The notes below the pieces were generated by a model. That model had not been told where the DNA came from, did not search any database, and worked only from the letters and a program-made list of their open reading frames with translations. Made by a program: the position numbers and the translations under genes. DNA of 59,049 nucleotides, counting the filler, from Thelocarpon superellum (lineage: Eukaryota): NCBI GenBank assembly GCA_026025795.1. It is 2 parts of 2 records of this genome, joined end to end, with 100 filler letters (N's around TTAATTAATTAA, not from the genome) between each part and the next. Parts side by side here need not be neighbours in the genome. Positions count along the whole stretch, not along the records: positions 1 to 29,482 come from JAPEUG010000219.1; 1 more part is not named here. One strand, written 5' to 3'. Every line of letters starts with the position of its first letter. Positions within the stretch are counted from its first letter, which is position 1. This document shows positions 11,933 through 24,811 of this stretch, piece by piece.

Positions 11933-12774
11933 GGGAGATTGTGAAGAATCTACCAAAAGGAGGATAACAACGTAGAAACACGGCACTTCAGTCATCTTAG
12001 CCTGGATGGTCAATCCTTCTGGAAGTGGGACGGAAAGACTCGTAGCTGGTCCACCTCGCTACACACCACTAACTGAAGAGTCCTCCCTAGCTGCGCCAAA
12101 CGCTTCCCCCTGCTCTTCGAACGTATCCTGGAAAACTCTCATGGAGCGCGGCTTGGGATTGCGCTTATGCCGGGACTGAATGCCTCCTTATTCCCGGTAC
12201 CGTTTCGGCCGCGCGAGGACGATTGTACGACTTCCAAAGAGTGGTAGTTGCAGTAGCGGTCGCGGTAGTGGCAGAAGCGTGGTAGTTACGGCTGCATGGC
12301 TGGGACGGAATCACCAGCGGCATCCAACGGTCCTCGACCATAGTGACAAGCAAGCAGACAGGCCGTCAGGCACTTAGACATTGTAGTATTCAATAATTAG
12401 CTTTGGTAGCCGCAGTGGCACTGCATGGTATGTACCAGGGTCGATAGGGCAGGCAGCGTCGTAAGGCAGGAGGCACGAATCGAGAAGCAAGGGCCAGATT
12501 ACATTGCGAATCGGACGAGAAGAGACGAGGCGACAAGAGAAGGGGTCAAATGAGACGAGACGTGAGAAAGGATGGGAAAAGAATTGATATGCGCTCTACC
12601 ATGCCCCCAGACAAAACTGCTCTCATCTCCTCCACTACCGCCAGTACTACCACCACAGCTACAGCTGGAGTCCGAGGGAGAAATAGTACTCCTTCTCGCA
12701 CGCGAAGCAGTGAGAGCAGTGGTAGTAGTGATCGCAGGAGTACAGAGGCGCTGGAACGACTTGGCTCCGTCAGC

Positions 12775-12819
12775 GGCTCCTAGTACTACTATAGTACTAC
12801 TATAGCAGTACTAGGAGCC
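12775..12819. repeat. 45-bp near-perfect palindrome (21-bp arms, 1 mismatch, 3-nt loop)
   Basis: ggctcctagtactactatagt-act-actatagcagtactaggagcc. Confidence 0.85.
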
Positions 12820-15800
12820 TACTAGTAGTAGGAGCTCGTACAGGCTACCTGGATGGGCCCGTACCCGGGTAGATACCAGGTAGGTACCTTGCGAGCATCC
12901 TGCAGTGGCTCTGGCCCCGACGTGCAGGTAATTATCATGCAGGGCCACTCAACTCACTCCCTCGCTCGCTCGCTGGCTCACCGGGTCGCCTCAAGTCTGG
13001 TGAGGTCCCATCAGCCAGGCCCGGTCAATCAGGTCAATGGGTCGGATACAGGACAGCGCAGGACAGGTAAACGCCGAGTCCAGTTTGAAACCAAGCGATC
13101 CTCCATCCATCACAGTCCTCCCACCTCCCCCCTCCCACACCTTGCTAGGTAGAGACCAGGACGAAAGGAGGAACGCAGGCACCACGAAAGCGACACCGTC
13201 GAGCTTAGCTACTACAGCTCTAGTAGAGCTAGTAGCTACAGTACTGAGGAGTGCCGATCTCGATGACGGTACCTTTGGCTCTGGTGGGCATGCACGGTCG
13301 TCCATGTACAGGTCCTCTCTGACGCCGAGTAGGTGTCTACTAGTATCCGTGCGTTCGAGAGGTAAGCTGCACATGGCCATGATCATTGGAGATTATCGTG
13401 TGGAATGCACCTCGTAAGAATAGAGGACGACATCCTCAGGTCGACGCTTGCGAGTCATCCGAGACATGCAGGCGGTTCGGAAGTATCCTACAGCATGGTC
13501 ACGGAGACGCGCCAGCGGCCGGTCGATCCCGAGGAGTACCTGGACCCTTGGCTGCATCCATGGATGGTCCCGTTGCACCTGCATCGGCCGTTCACCATGA
13601 GACATGTGGAGGTAAATAAGGAGAGAGGGAAAAAATGATCTCAGGCGCAGGGAGAGGGGGAACACGCTGCGCCAGGGATTACGTCTTCTCGTGGATTGGA
13701 TATGTGAGGAGGTTGGGGTGGCAAGGGCGAGAGAAGAATCTCGATCCAGACTACTAGTCAGGAGGGAGAGAGGGAGAAATGACCAAATGCGGAGGTATGT
13801 GAGGGAAGGAAAAATGATCGGAGCGGAAGTGAGACACGCGACCTGCACGAGTCGCCGGATTGGACATGGACAGGAAAACGACGAACCAGCAGGCGGATTT
13901 GGGGGTCATAATAGTCGAGTGGCGCATTGGTGCGAGATCACCGACACCTGGTACCACCGGACGTCAGATTGTGACGGGTCATGCAAGGGAGGTGCCGTAA
14001 ATCGGGCCGCATCGAGGGCGTGCGAGGAGAGAGAATTTACTGCGCCGGTGGGATCTGCTGCACAAAATGTCTGCCTCCTCGTCTGTTGCCAATGACCCAG
14101 CCTGGGCTTTGATGTCACTCAAGGGTAAAGCAGTGGATGGAAGTGAGAATGTCTCGACCGATGCGGTCACGGAGTGGAGAGCCCTGGATAGGCCGTTGCA
14201 CCGCATGGAAAGAATGAGCAGTCCCAGTAGCGGAGCTTGTCGCTGCGCATCACCTCGATTGATGGCAGGTCGAGCGGGCCCACGCGGTCAGATATCACCA
14301 GGTGGGCGTTACGAAACATAAAGGGATTTGCTTTGGCTGGGCATCGCACACGATCTGTCGCAGGCTTCGAGTGCTCGAAACCGCCTCCTCTGTGATGTCT
14401 GCTCGTCCACGGCGATCCCGTCTGAACGGATGGGGAGTCGGAATAAAGCACGACGCTGATCCGATCCCGAGAGCTGCCTTGGTAGCCTGGGTAGCCTTGG
14501 TCGCTCTGCAGCAGCGCGGCAAGGAGCCAGAGAGCGCGGCGGCGCGGCAGCGCGGCAGCAAGGAGGGAGCGGAGCCGTTACAGGGACGGAGGACCTGATC
14601 ATGGACCCGCCACGTGCATCTTGTGCACCAGGGACGGTAGGTACCGGCGTGAGGGAATACAAGTACGAGTGTACGAGTAGTCGTAACGACACAAGTTTGG
14701 CGGGGCGATCATGCCGGAGGAGTTCCACCAGGCCTCCCACATGTACGACCGAGGCGAGACCAGGTAAAGCCGAGTCCACACATCAAACACAGGGTCGTGT
14801 GCGGCAGAGGGGATCTGCACAGCGATGGCACCATACTCGCATACTCGTATGTGCACAGGCACCGATCAGTTTCAGCGTGTTTCTCGACTTGGGTGGCGTC
14901 TGCAGCCTGCAGGGCCAAAGACTCCCCCAGCTTCTCCACACGGGTCCGAGCTCTGGTCTTCTTATTCTCCGAGAAGGCGGCCTAAGTACGAGAACTTGTA
15001 TGCCAACCGGGTAGTTACGACGTAGGGACGCACAACCACTGTTGGACCAGAAGCTGACAGGAAGGGGCCCACTTTCTAGCGACAAGTTACAAGACCGCCA
15101 CCCGTTTACCTGGGGGAGGAAAAGTCCAAGCGACGCCTGAGCCAGGGTCACCGGTAACCTTGTTGGGGCCGGCGCATGACGAGCGTCCGTGAGGTGCGTC
15201 TTAATCGTCTTAATCATGCCCACGCGCGTAAATGGCCCCGGCGGCGCCAACTGACGGAACAGGAAAGTCAAATCGATTTAGAGCGGCCCGGGTGGCGAGC
15301 TATCCTGCTTCCCACGTCCGCGGCCAGACCCCTCGTTCTCTCCCGCCCTTGGCCGTCGCCCGCCACGCACCCGCTTGAACCTCCCCATTGCTTACCTGGC
15401 GACGCTGCCTGGCCTCGACACGGCCGCCTTTTGAATCTTGTGCCCGACGGCACCGCCCTGTGGTAGCGTCGTACAGCGACTGGATCGCGGGCGGGTGAGT
15501 TCGTCTCCGCTTGGACTATGCCGGCCGGGCCGCGCACGCGCACGCGGTCGCGGTCGCGGTCGCGGTCGCGGCTGTGGAATGCTAGGACTGGACATCCTGC
15601 TTCCTGTCAAACTATGCCCGTGACCGCGCGGGTCAATATGAGCGTCGACGATTGCTAGTGAGCGCCGATGAGCGCCGATGAGCGAGGACCAGTACCAAGG
15701 TCACCCTTCGAGAGTCAAGGGCGAAGACCGATGGACGACGTGGCGGCAACGTTTCTTTCACGCGTGCCGCTATCCGCCAAGGAGGAGCGCTCCGGACGGT

Positions 15801-18800
15801 CGATGCTTGCGGGTGGACACGCCCCAGACATGCGCTCCGCGAACTCTACTCGACAGCTGGTGTGGTGGGTGGGCCGCCGCCGCACGAGTACTCGGCCTCG
15901 CTCACATTCGCTCGGTCCGAGACGCAGATCCTCGTCCTACCTCCAGCACCCCCAACACTTGCGAGACCAGTGCCAGTGCGAGGAGTCAGCGCTCCACGCC
16001 GGCGCCGTGTGCTGCACACCGAGGCGAGGGCACCGGGTCGCCCTCACTCTCCTGCACTCTCCCTTTTTCGCACCAGGATCAGTCCCGTCGGGCTGCGCTA
16101 CCGATGCACCTAGGTTCTGCTGAAGCTGTGGTCGCTCCTTAGCCCGCGGTAACTAGTTCCCATCCTGGGTCAACCACGCGATTCCTCTCCACCTACTCGC
16201 CCGTGCTCGTACCAGACCGGGACCGGATTTGTGCTCCCTCTATCCGTCCCTCCGATCGGGGCGGCCTGCGCGCCCCTGCCGGCGGCGTCGTCGTGATACC
16301 TCATCCATGTCTCCAGATTGTCCCGCCGTCGCCGTATCGCCGTCTCGCCGGCCATCGTGATCTCGAGGGGCACAATCGACGGCCGGTGCGGATGGATAGG
16401 ACAGAGGACGAAATCCGTGGGACCGCGGCGTGCCCTAGCACACGCCGCCCTCCACCAGTGACACATGGAGCAGGCTCGTCTGCGGGTTGGAGGCAATTCG
16501 GTGCCTCCGTCCGTGGAGGGATGGCACCACACGAGTACGTCGTCGTATTTGCGCGGAGGCGTACTTCCGCCAATCGAACGTCTTGCGGAACCTGATCCTG
16601 CGTCCTCGGCGCACTTCACCCGCTCCTCGTTGCAAGTACGAAAGCATCCACGCGAGGCAAGGTTCGTGGAAGAACAAGGTGAGATGCGGCCACGCTCCTA
16701 GACTGCGGGTGGTGCCTTGATTCGGGTGGGAGAGGGTAGGGTACCGCGGGCTTGAGAGACGGGGGGGAAACGTGTGGGGTGGTGCGAACAATGCGAGGCT
16801 TCGGCACGTGTCAAATTTCGCGGCCGGCCCTCTCGATTCTTCGGTCCCATCATCGCGCCGCGCCCATTGGCCGAGAGGGTCGCTCGCTGAAGCGATGCGA
16901 GGAAGGATGAGGATTTGTCGGCCAGAAAACGTGGTCCACAACATGCTCAGGACATTCCCGACTGGGACTCTTGGCCTCCTCACAGCTTCGCTTCAACGCT
17001 CCGTCCACGGCAAGTACGACGGTAACCACCCAACGACTGGTGCTCCTCCGACTGGAGTAGAGGCCAGGAAATATGCTCGTCGAAGATGCAAAACTCAAGT
17101 CGCAGAGTTTAAGCGCCAACCAGGGCCCTCCTGCCGTCCGTGTGTGCTGCCGTCGAGGTCGAAGGCTTGACGGGGCCGGCGTGGAGGACCATCACCTGCG
17201 CCCGCCGTCACTTGGACTACGAGATGCATGAGATAGTACCACATGGTAGTCCAGGCGCTGGTGCACCGACAGAGACACGCTCAAGAGGGGCATAGAATAA
17301 GAGGGAACAGCGCCGGCGGAGACTAGTCGTCTCGGGGTCTCGCTGTAGGCCGAAGAGGTCCTCAGCCCGTCAGCAGCTCCACGGAAAGGGAAAAGGAAGG
17401 ACGCTCTCGCCCAGCGCAGGAGTTCCCCCTCTACGCGGCTCCTCCACACGCTCCACCACGCCGCCACGGTCGCTGCAGGCGGGCAGAAGCTGTAGCCGAT
17501 CACCCTGTACCAGCGTGGTAGTCGGACCCTCGGACCATCCCCGTCCATCGGTGACTGATCGCGCGCGCCATCCTCTCGCTCGCTTTCGCTCTGGCCCTGC
17601 CTCTGCCGACGGCTAGGACAGGCAAAGTCGACGGTTCCCGTGCGACTCAACACAACCTAGACCCGTAGCAGGCGGTGCGGTTGTCTCCCTACGAGTCTGT
17701 CGTGCGGATGCAGGCAACTCTGGCACCGTACTTACTGGCAACTCCCAGGGCCAGTCCTCATACGAATCGGTGAAGGTTGCTACAGCTTCTTGCGTCCTCC
17801 GCGCGTGCCCTGGTAGGAGTTAGGAATAGCGGTGCCCCGGCCCAGGATTTAGCACACGCATCCAACGCACACCCATCGGCCCTCGCTTGCGCTCGAGGAC
17901 TTGTACCTGCTCATCTACCCGTAGCTCGCCCGCCCATTCGCCTGTTCGCCCACGCATGGCCCTCACCGGCACGCTCACTACTGGCTTGCTCCCACCACTT
18001 CTCCCGCTCTCAGACCCGTTCACTCCCACGCACATCCTCTCCGCCCGCCCGCCCCGTCTCTTCTTCTCTCTCCACCATCCTCACCCCCAACGTCAACATC
18101 GCGTTCGCTGGACGATCACTCCGCGCGAGCGCCCTCACTCTCTCGCGCGCCAGGGCTCCGCTCGCAATCCACCGATCCACGGCCATCGCCCGCCATCGCC
18201 CGCCACCGTTGTCATCTCCCCTCAACCCTCCGGCCCCGGCAGGCTTCGTTTCAACGGCTGCACCCACGCTCCCGAAACGGTCGGAATCGACCGCAGCGCT
18301 CGTCGGCCGGTCGTCATCCTCCATCCCGTTGGGTGTTTCGGTCGCGCTCCGGTCGCTCGTCATCCTCGTGTCCTCGACTTTCTCAGCCTCAACGATGCGC
18401 TAGCCATCTGGTCGCATCACATCGCCGCAATCGCAGGCCGGACTGACTAGTCACGATTGAGGGCGAATCTTGCATCACCGGCTCGCCCCCAACTCGAGCC
18501 TTTCTCAACGCTTCTCACGCTTCTCACCCTCTGCTTCCCAACTGGTACTGGTGCCACTCTATTCTACTGTCCGCCGGTGTGCACCTACTGCCCACACCAT
18601 TCTCTCAACACCTTTCCACCATCCGCTCGCGGACTTTTCATCATCCGCCATTCTGGCTCCACGTTCCCCCTTCGTGTTGGCCCTTCATAAATAAGGCCCC
18701 CGTGCCCATAAGAACAGGACCCCTGTGCCCACCAAACGTGAACGAGCGCGCGGCCCACACTGGACGCCTACATCCTGTCGTTAGGCGCTCCCTCCGTCTT

Positions 18801-19030
18801 TGATCCCTCTCGCTCGCTCTCGCATACTCTCTTGCTCCCTTACGTCCCCCCTCCTTCCCTCCACCTCAACCGCCGTCTGTGGCTCTTCGTTCAGGCTGCC
18901 GCTGCAGACCATTTACGGCGCATAGCCCAGACTCTCCATCGGTATGTGGCTTGTAAAGACCCCGCATGGCCAATACTAATGCGCCAGGCCAGATCCGCGT
19001 GAAGGTCAGGACGACGAGCGATCCGTGAGC

Positions 19031-20715
19031 ATGGATCGACCATGGGAAACGTCGAGGAACTCGGGCGTCAGCAGCCAGCGCCAGTCACTCCCCTCGCTGT
19101 CCGATCTGGCTCATGGCGTGCCGGCCAGCGGCCGCGCTGCCGACTCGCCGACGCTGCGAAACATCAATGCCACCCGTGACTCGGGCAATTGGTCCATGCA
19201 ATCGCCCAGTAAGCGTAAGTCTATTTACCCCTCCTCTTACACGACAAGCCCCCATGACGGCCCCGTACTGACCACTTGGCGGATCTGATCAGACTCTTCG
19301 GTCATGTCGTCCAGCACGAATGGCAACGCTCTTCTTCCCTCGCTTAATTCGAGCCATGCGTCGCCCAACGGTCACCTCTCCGTGGCGTCGGCCTCGAGCG
19401 AGCGCTCCCCCTTCTCCGCCACCTTTCCCAACGGCATCAGCTCCGCCTCCTCCGAGCTGCCCCCGTCGAGCCTCTCCCAGATCAATCGTAACATGGACCT
19501 GCCCCCGCACCTCCCATCGCAGTCGCAGCCGCAGCCGCAGCTGCAAACGCGTCTGAGCGGCGGTGGTGAATATCTATCGCACGAGGGCCGACGAAGTAGC
19601 GTCGACAGCCGCATGAACCAGCTGCAGCTTGCGTCCCCGCTTCCCAGCACGAACGCCTCGCAGACGTCGTTGGTCAGTGATCTCCAGCGCGAACGGGGAA
19701 TTCCCACGGAGCCGCCGCGAAGCAACGGCTTTTCCCGCGCCTCGTCGCGGGCGGCCGAGGAGACCATCACCACCTCGTTGGGTCGTCGTGTTGGGGGCAA
19801 GACGGCGCCGCCCATCAACGCGAATCCGCGTCAGTGGCCCAATCCCAATGCCGAGAATCCCACCAAGGGTTTCCCTTACGCCTTTCCTGATCCGGAACTC
19901 GCCACCCGCGGTCCCACCATTCCGGAAGAAGAGCACTCGACGCCATCTGCCCCACGGGCGCGTCGCGACAGTCTCGGAGCTTCGTCGGTGACGAGCAGCA
20001 TCTTCACCAATGACTCGCGGCTCCCACAAGGGCAGCGCCGACTGGAGGAGACTCATGCGTATCACACCACGGAAGAATACGGACACGCCGCGACTTTCTT
20101 CAACGACCGGAATTCCACCGAATTCTCGGGGGCCAATCATCACCATCACCAGCTGCAGAACAAACCACTGGAAGGCCTCGGCGATGATCCGGATTCGCCC
20201 AACAGCCAAACGCCGTACAGCCGCACGCCGGAACTCCGTGTCAGCCACAAGCTGGCGGAGCGGAAGCGGCGGAGCGAGATGAAGGGGCTCTTTGAAGATC
20301 TGCGGGCCAAGCTGCCAGCCGACGGGCGCGTGAGCAAGACGAGCAAGTGGGAGATTCTCATGAAAGGTACGGCGCCCACGCGCAGCCCCCATCATCCGTC
20401 TTCAGGCTTACTCACGCACGACTAGCGATTGAATACATCAAGCAGCTGGAGCTGCATGCCAAGCAGGCCACGGAGATGTACCGCCGTGAGAACGACCGTG
20501 TCTTTGCCTTGGAGCGTGAGATGCGACAGATGCGCGAAGACTTCCAACGAGGGCAGCCGGCGCCAAACGGCCCGGGCCCGGGACCCGGTCCGGCGGCATA
20601 CCATCATGCCGCGCCGCCGCCATCGAATGCGGGCCCGCCGCGGCCCAATCTCCCGATCCTCGGCCCGTCGCCCAGCACGTCGGGGCCGATGCAAGGTGTG
20701 CAGTACAACGCCTAG
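19031..20715 (+). CDS. devR: bHLH transcription factor of the DevR/Hpa3/Esc1 type; AUG-based model has exons 19031-19214, 19293-20366 and 20426-20715 (see the finding on an upstream CTG extension)
   Basis: PYSRTPELRVSHKLAERKRRSEMKGLFEDLRAKLP...KTSKWEILMK|AIEYIKQLE; both introns have canonical GT..branch..AG and restore the frame. An extra upstream intron lies at 18942-18987. Confidence 0.88.
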
Positions 20716-22043
20716 GTGACGCCGCGCGACGCGACTACCACATGGCTTGGGCCGGGCCCCTGTCCACTTCGCCATGTCCGACCCCGCCCTTTGACCTAAG
20801 ATCCTAGGCGTGGATCACCGCGCCGGACGGAGAGATGACGCCGGTCGGAAGACGACCGCCGATCATTCATGTGGAAGCGGTGGTCCTAATTCCTTTCTTT
20901 CTCTCCTTCTTTTGTTCACCAATTCTCTTTGCTAGAGGTTGTCCACGCAGTCCGATTGTATCGACGCGTTACTGTCATGTGTGTATGCGACATGTCCGTC
21001 CGAAGCCGGTCCCCTTGACGCACATCCCACGACCAGGGATTGGCTATCCCCTTCCGGCTGGAATGGAGGTGCGGACTAGGGTGTGGTACGGAGGATGTTT
21101 ACGGTGGTTTTGGCGCTCCGGTGCCTTGTTGTACGACTACACAATACCCACTGTGCAGGTACCGTGTCTTCCATAGATCTCAAATCACTCTCAACCCATT
21201 GCTCGTCCGACGTTGGCCGGGGCGTTTGCCATCCGGTCCGAGTGATACCTAGTCCGGCGTGCGGGCGCACGTTGAGAAGCTATGCGACCTGCGTGGCCCC
21301 AGTGCCATTCATCTCCCTCAACCCAGCTCCGACCACCACATCTCCCCTTAATCCGTCACCAGATGAAGCCGCTCTTTCAGGCTGGTATGTCCCCCGGGTA
21401 CCCGTTGCTGTGTGCACAGGCTCTGCCCCGGGCGTGACAATGAAGACCATCCACCCGACTAGCGTGCCTTGGACGTTTTGTGCCCGGGTAGATTACCCAC
21501 GAGGCGCCGACACGAGGCAAGAGATTGAGAACAGCGATGGCTTTCCATTGCCACCTCAAGAACGGCCTTGGTGATGCCTCCTCGACAACCCGCCTTCCAG
21601 GCCTACTCCGGAAAGAGGCACTTTACAGACACCACGTCCTCGAAAATGTACGTAGCGGGAGGTGCAAACGTCTCTCCATCTCAACAAGTATAGGAGAAGG
21701 CGAGCTTTCGTCCGTTCCCCACCATGACTAACTACCTCATACTAACTAGTACTACTGGTAGTTAGTTTTCATGATGATGATAGATGGCGGCGTTAGACTA
21801 GCGTCTCCTGGAGTCGTTCCCGCCGCCTAGACTCACGTGCCCACTTGCCCAACCACTGGAACGAGGGACCCACTAACTTCGAAACGTTAACTAAGCTACT
21901 CGAAGCAGCGGCCAGAAGAAGCTTTCTTGTTAGGACTGACCGTCACCTGGAGATCAATCCTCACAATCGATGCATCTTGCGGCCACCTCGCCGAAGACGG
22001 CGACGCCCGGCCGACATCCGAAGGGCGATCTCTGACGTACGCC

Positions 22044-24331
22044 ATGACCTTGAGGAGGAAGCGTAGGCGTGCGGACGAGGACCAGGACGAGGATCTGGCT
22101 GCGTCCCCTTACGGCGCCAATTTGTTGGGGATGGGAGCTGTCCTAGCACATCTCAAGTCCTCTGATCTGCCGCCCTCGAGCACGACCTCCAGCACTAAGA
22201 CCACATCCGTCAGCGTGCCTCCGCCCGCACCCGAGGATGGCGAGGAAGATGACGCAGAGGGCTGGCAACGGGTGTCGCGGCGTCATCCCGCGAAGAAGCC
22301 CAAAACTCACGACAAGGGGGCGAAGAATTATCCCAGCATCACCCACTCGCCTTCGGCGAGGCTACAAAGCAAGGTCAAGCTCAGCGACCTTCAAGGACTC
22401 GTGTTGTATCTGCTTGCCGACGGAACGGCCCCTCAGTGGGTGTCCGTTCGGCATCACCATGCCATTCGGAAGGTCGTCGTCCTCATGGTTCCCGGCCTCG
22501 AACAAGGCATGTTCGACGGCGCGATACCATTCGAGGGCGGCGACGGCGCCAATGCTGGGACGAGCGACGCCGACGCGCCGGCCAACACCGAGGTGCCCGC
22601 TGAGGTCAGGACACAGCGGTCGCCCGATGACTATTATCCCACCCGCCTGTCGCAGCGCGCACTGCCAAAGCCGCTGAGAGCTTTGGCGGACATCTTTTCC
22701 CATCTGTGGCCGGTCATCACACCAGGTGATGACAAGTTTGGTCGCATGCATTCCCCCGTGCTTTCCATGCTGAACGCCCCGCTACCCAAGTCCAAGGAGG
22801 AGAAGCGGAGCAAAGGAGCCCAGACGCCACGAGAGGCGCGAGACTGGGAGAATCGACGGACGCGCATCACGGAATTCGTGGCGACCGCGGATCAACTGCG
22901 GGAGAGCGCGTATCCATTGCACCCCGCATTTCTCACCACCTCAACCGAGCTGGAAGAAGAAGGCCGACGCCGACAGACCGCGTTCGATGTGCCGGTCGAG
23001 CGATGGGTGGACACGCGAGTGGAGGCGTTGAGCACAGGTAGAGTGGCGGAGGCGGAGATCGAGCGCGGGAGCGTCACCGCGGGCCGGGAGGTCTTAGCGA
23101 TGGACTGCGAGATGTGTCGGACCGACGGAGACAAATTGGAGCTCACCCGCGTCAGCCTCGTGGGATGGGATGGCGAGGTCGTACTGGATGAGTTGGTCAA
23201 GCCGCCGACCCCTATCACCGACTATCTGACCCCGTACGTTCTACCGCTTGGATCGCTTGGGATCGCTTGGGATCGCGCAACATGTCCTGAGCGTGGCTGA
23301 CGCCGATCTACAGATATTCGGGTATTACCAAGGCCTTGCTTGATCCCGTCCAAACAACACTGTCCGACGTGCAGGCCATGCTGCTGGATATATTACGTCC
23401 GACGACGATCTTGGTGGGCCATTCGCTCAATGCCGACCTAATCGCGCTGGAGATGACCCATCCCTTCGTCGTGGACACGTCCATCATCTTCCCGCATCCG
23501 CGCGGTCCACCGCTCAAGTCTTCGCTCAAGTGGTTGGCGCAACGATATCTGGGCCGCGAGATCCAGAAGGGCCATGGAAGCTCCGGCCATGATTCCATCG
23601 AGGACGCCCGCGCCTGTCTCGACCTGGTCAAGCAAAAGTGCGAGCGAGGGCCGCTCTGGGGCACCAGCGAGGCCTCGACCGAGAGCATCTTCAAGCGCTT
23701 GGCTCGCGCCGTCCGGCCATCCAGTCACGGCGAGGAGGGGAAATGCAGCGCGGTGATCGACTGGGGTCAGCCGGAGAAGGTGGTCGGTGGTCTGGCCCAG
23801 GTCTGCATTGGCTGCGTCAGTGATGACGAGGTCGTCGCGGGCGTGGTAGCTGTCGTCAACGGCCATGCCGATGGCCGCATCGTCGCGAGAGGCGGCGTGG
23901 ACTTTGTCTGGGCCCGGATGCGTGAGGTCGAGGCTCTCCGCGGATGGTGGAATGGCAACCGGAACTCCGGCGCCGCGGCGCTCGCGTTCAAGGGCGCTCA
24001 CGCTGTTGCAGCCGCGACGGCGGTGCCGTCGTCGGGCGAGTCGTCGAGCGCCGCATCAGAGCAGCTGAGTGGTGCCGTCACACGATTAAGCGCACAGATT
24101 GCGCAAATCTACGACGGCCTTCCTCCCTGCACGGCCTTGGTGGTCTACTCTGGTAGCGGCGATCCGCGCGATATGAGCCGGCTGCAGGCGATGCAGCAGC
24201 AGTTCCGGCGTGAGTATCAGACGAAGAAGTGGGACGAGCTGAGTGTCCAGTGGACGGATCGTGAGGAGCAACAACTTCGAGCGGCCGTGGGCCGGGCCCG
24301 GAGCGGCCTCGCCCTGATCACCGTCAAGTGA
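22044..24331 (+). CDS. DEDDh 3'-5' RNA exonuclease, Rex1/Rnh70-like; exons 22044-23233 and 23314-24331
   Basis: ExoI AMDCEMC, ITDYLTP|YSGIT across the intron, ExoII VGHSLNADL, ExoIII GHDSIEDARA. Confidence 0.92.
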
Positions 24332-24811
24332 GCCGGTGCCACCGCGCCCATCCGATGCCTCAAGGAGAGTGCACCATGGCTCTAAGACCTCCCACACGAA
24401 TGATCAAGCCGTGGCTGCTGCACCACGCTCCCGTGCCAACGTAGATCATCATGTGTACTTCAAGCCGTAGGACATGACCTGCTCCCTCCTGTCGGCCGAC
24501 GGATCCCTTGAAGTCCTGGGACGACGATGAATTGCGCAGCGACGATTCGTGGGAAGCTCCTCGTATCCCAATCTAACCGCTTTAAGCTAGCCCCACGCCA
24601 GCCACATCATGACGGCTAATCATAGCGTCTTCAATCGCGACTACGAATTATTTCTTCGTCGACCTCCAATACCAAGACGGACCTGACGAGTTCGATCCGC
24701 ATCCATCTCACTTGACCTGACCTGTGATCTCGAGGCTTGATCGGATCTCTCCTCTCACCGTGCTCACCTACGTCTCCACGATCGATTGGCTCATTGGCAT
24801 CGACCGCAAGC

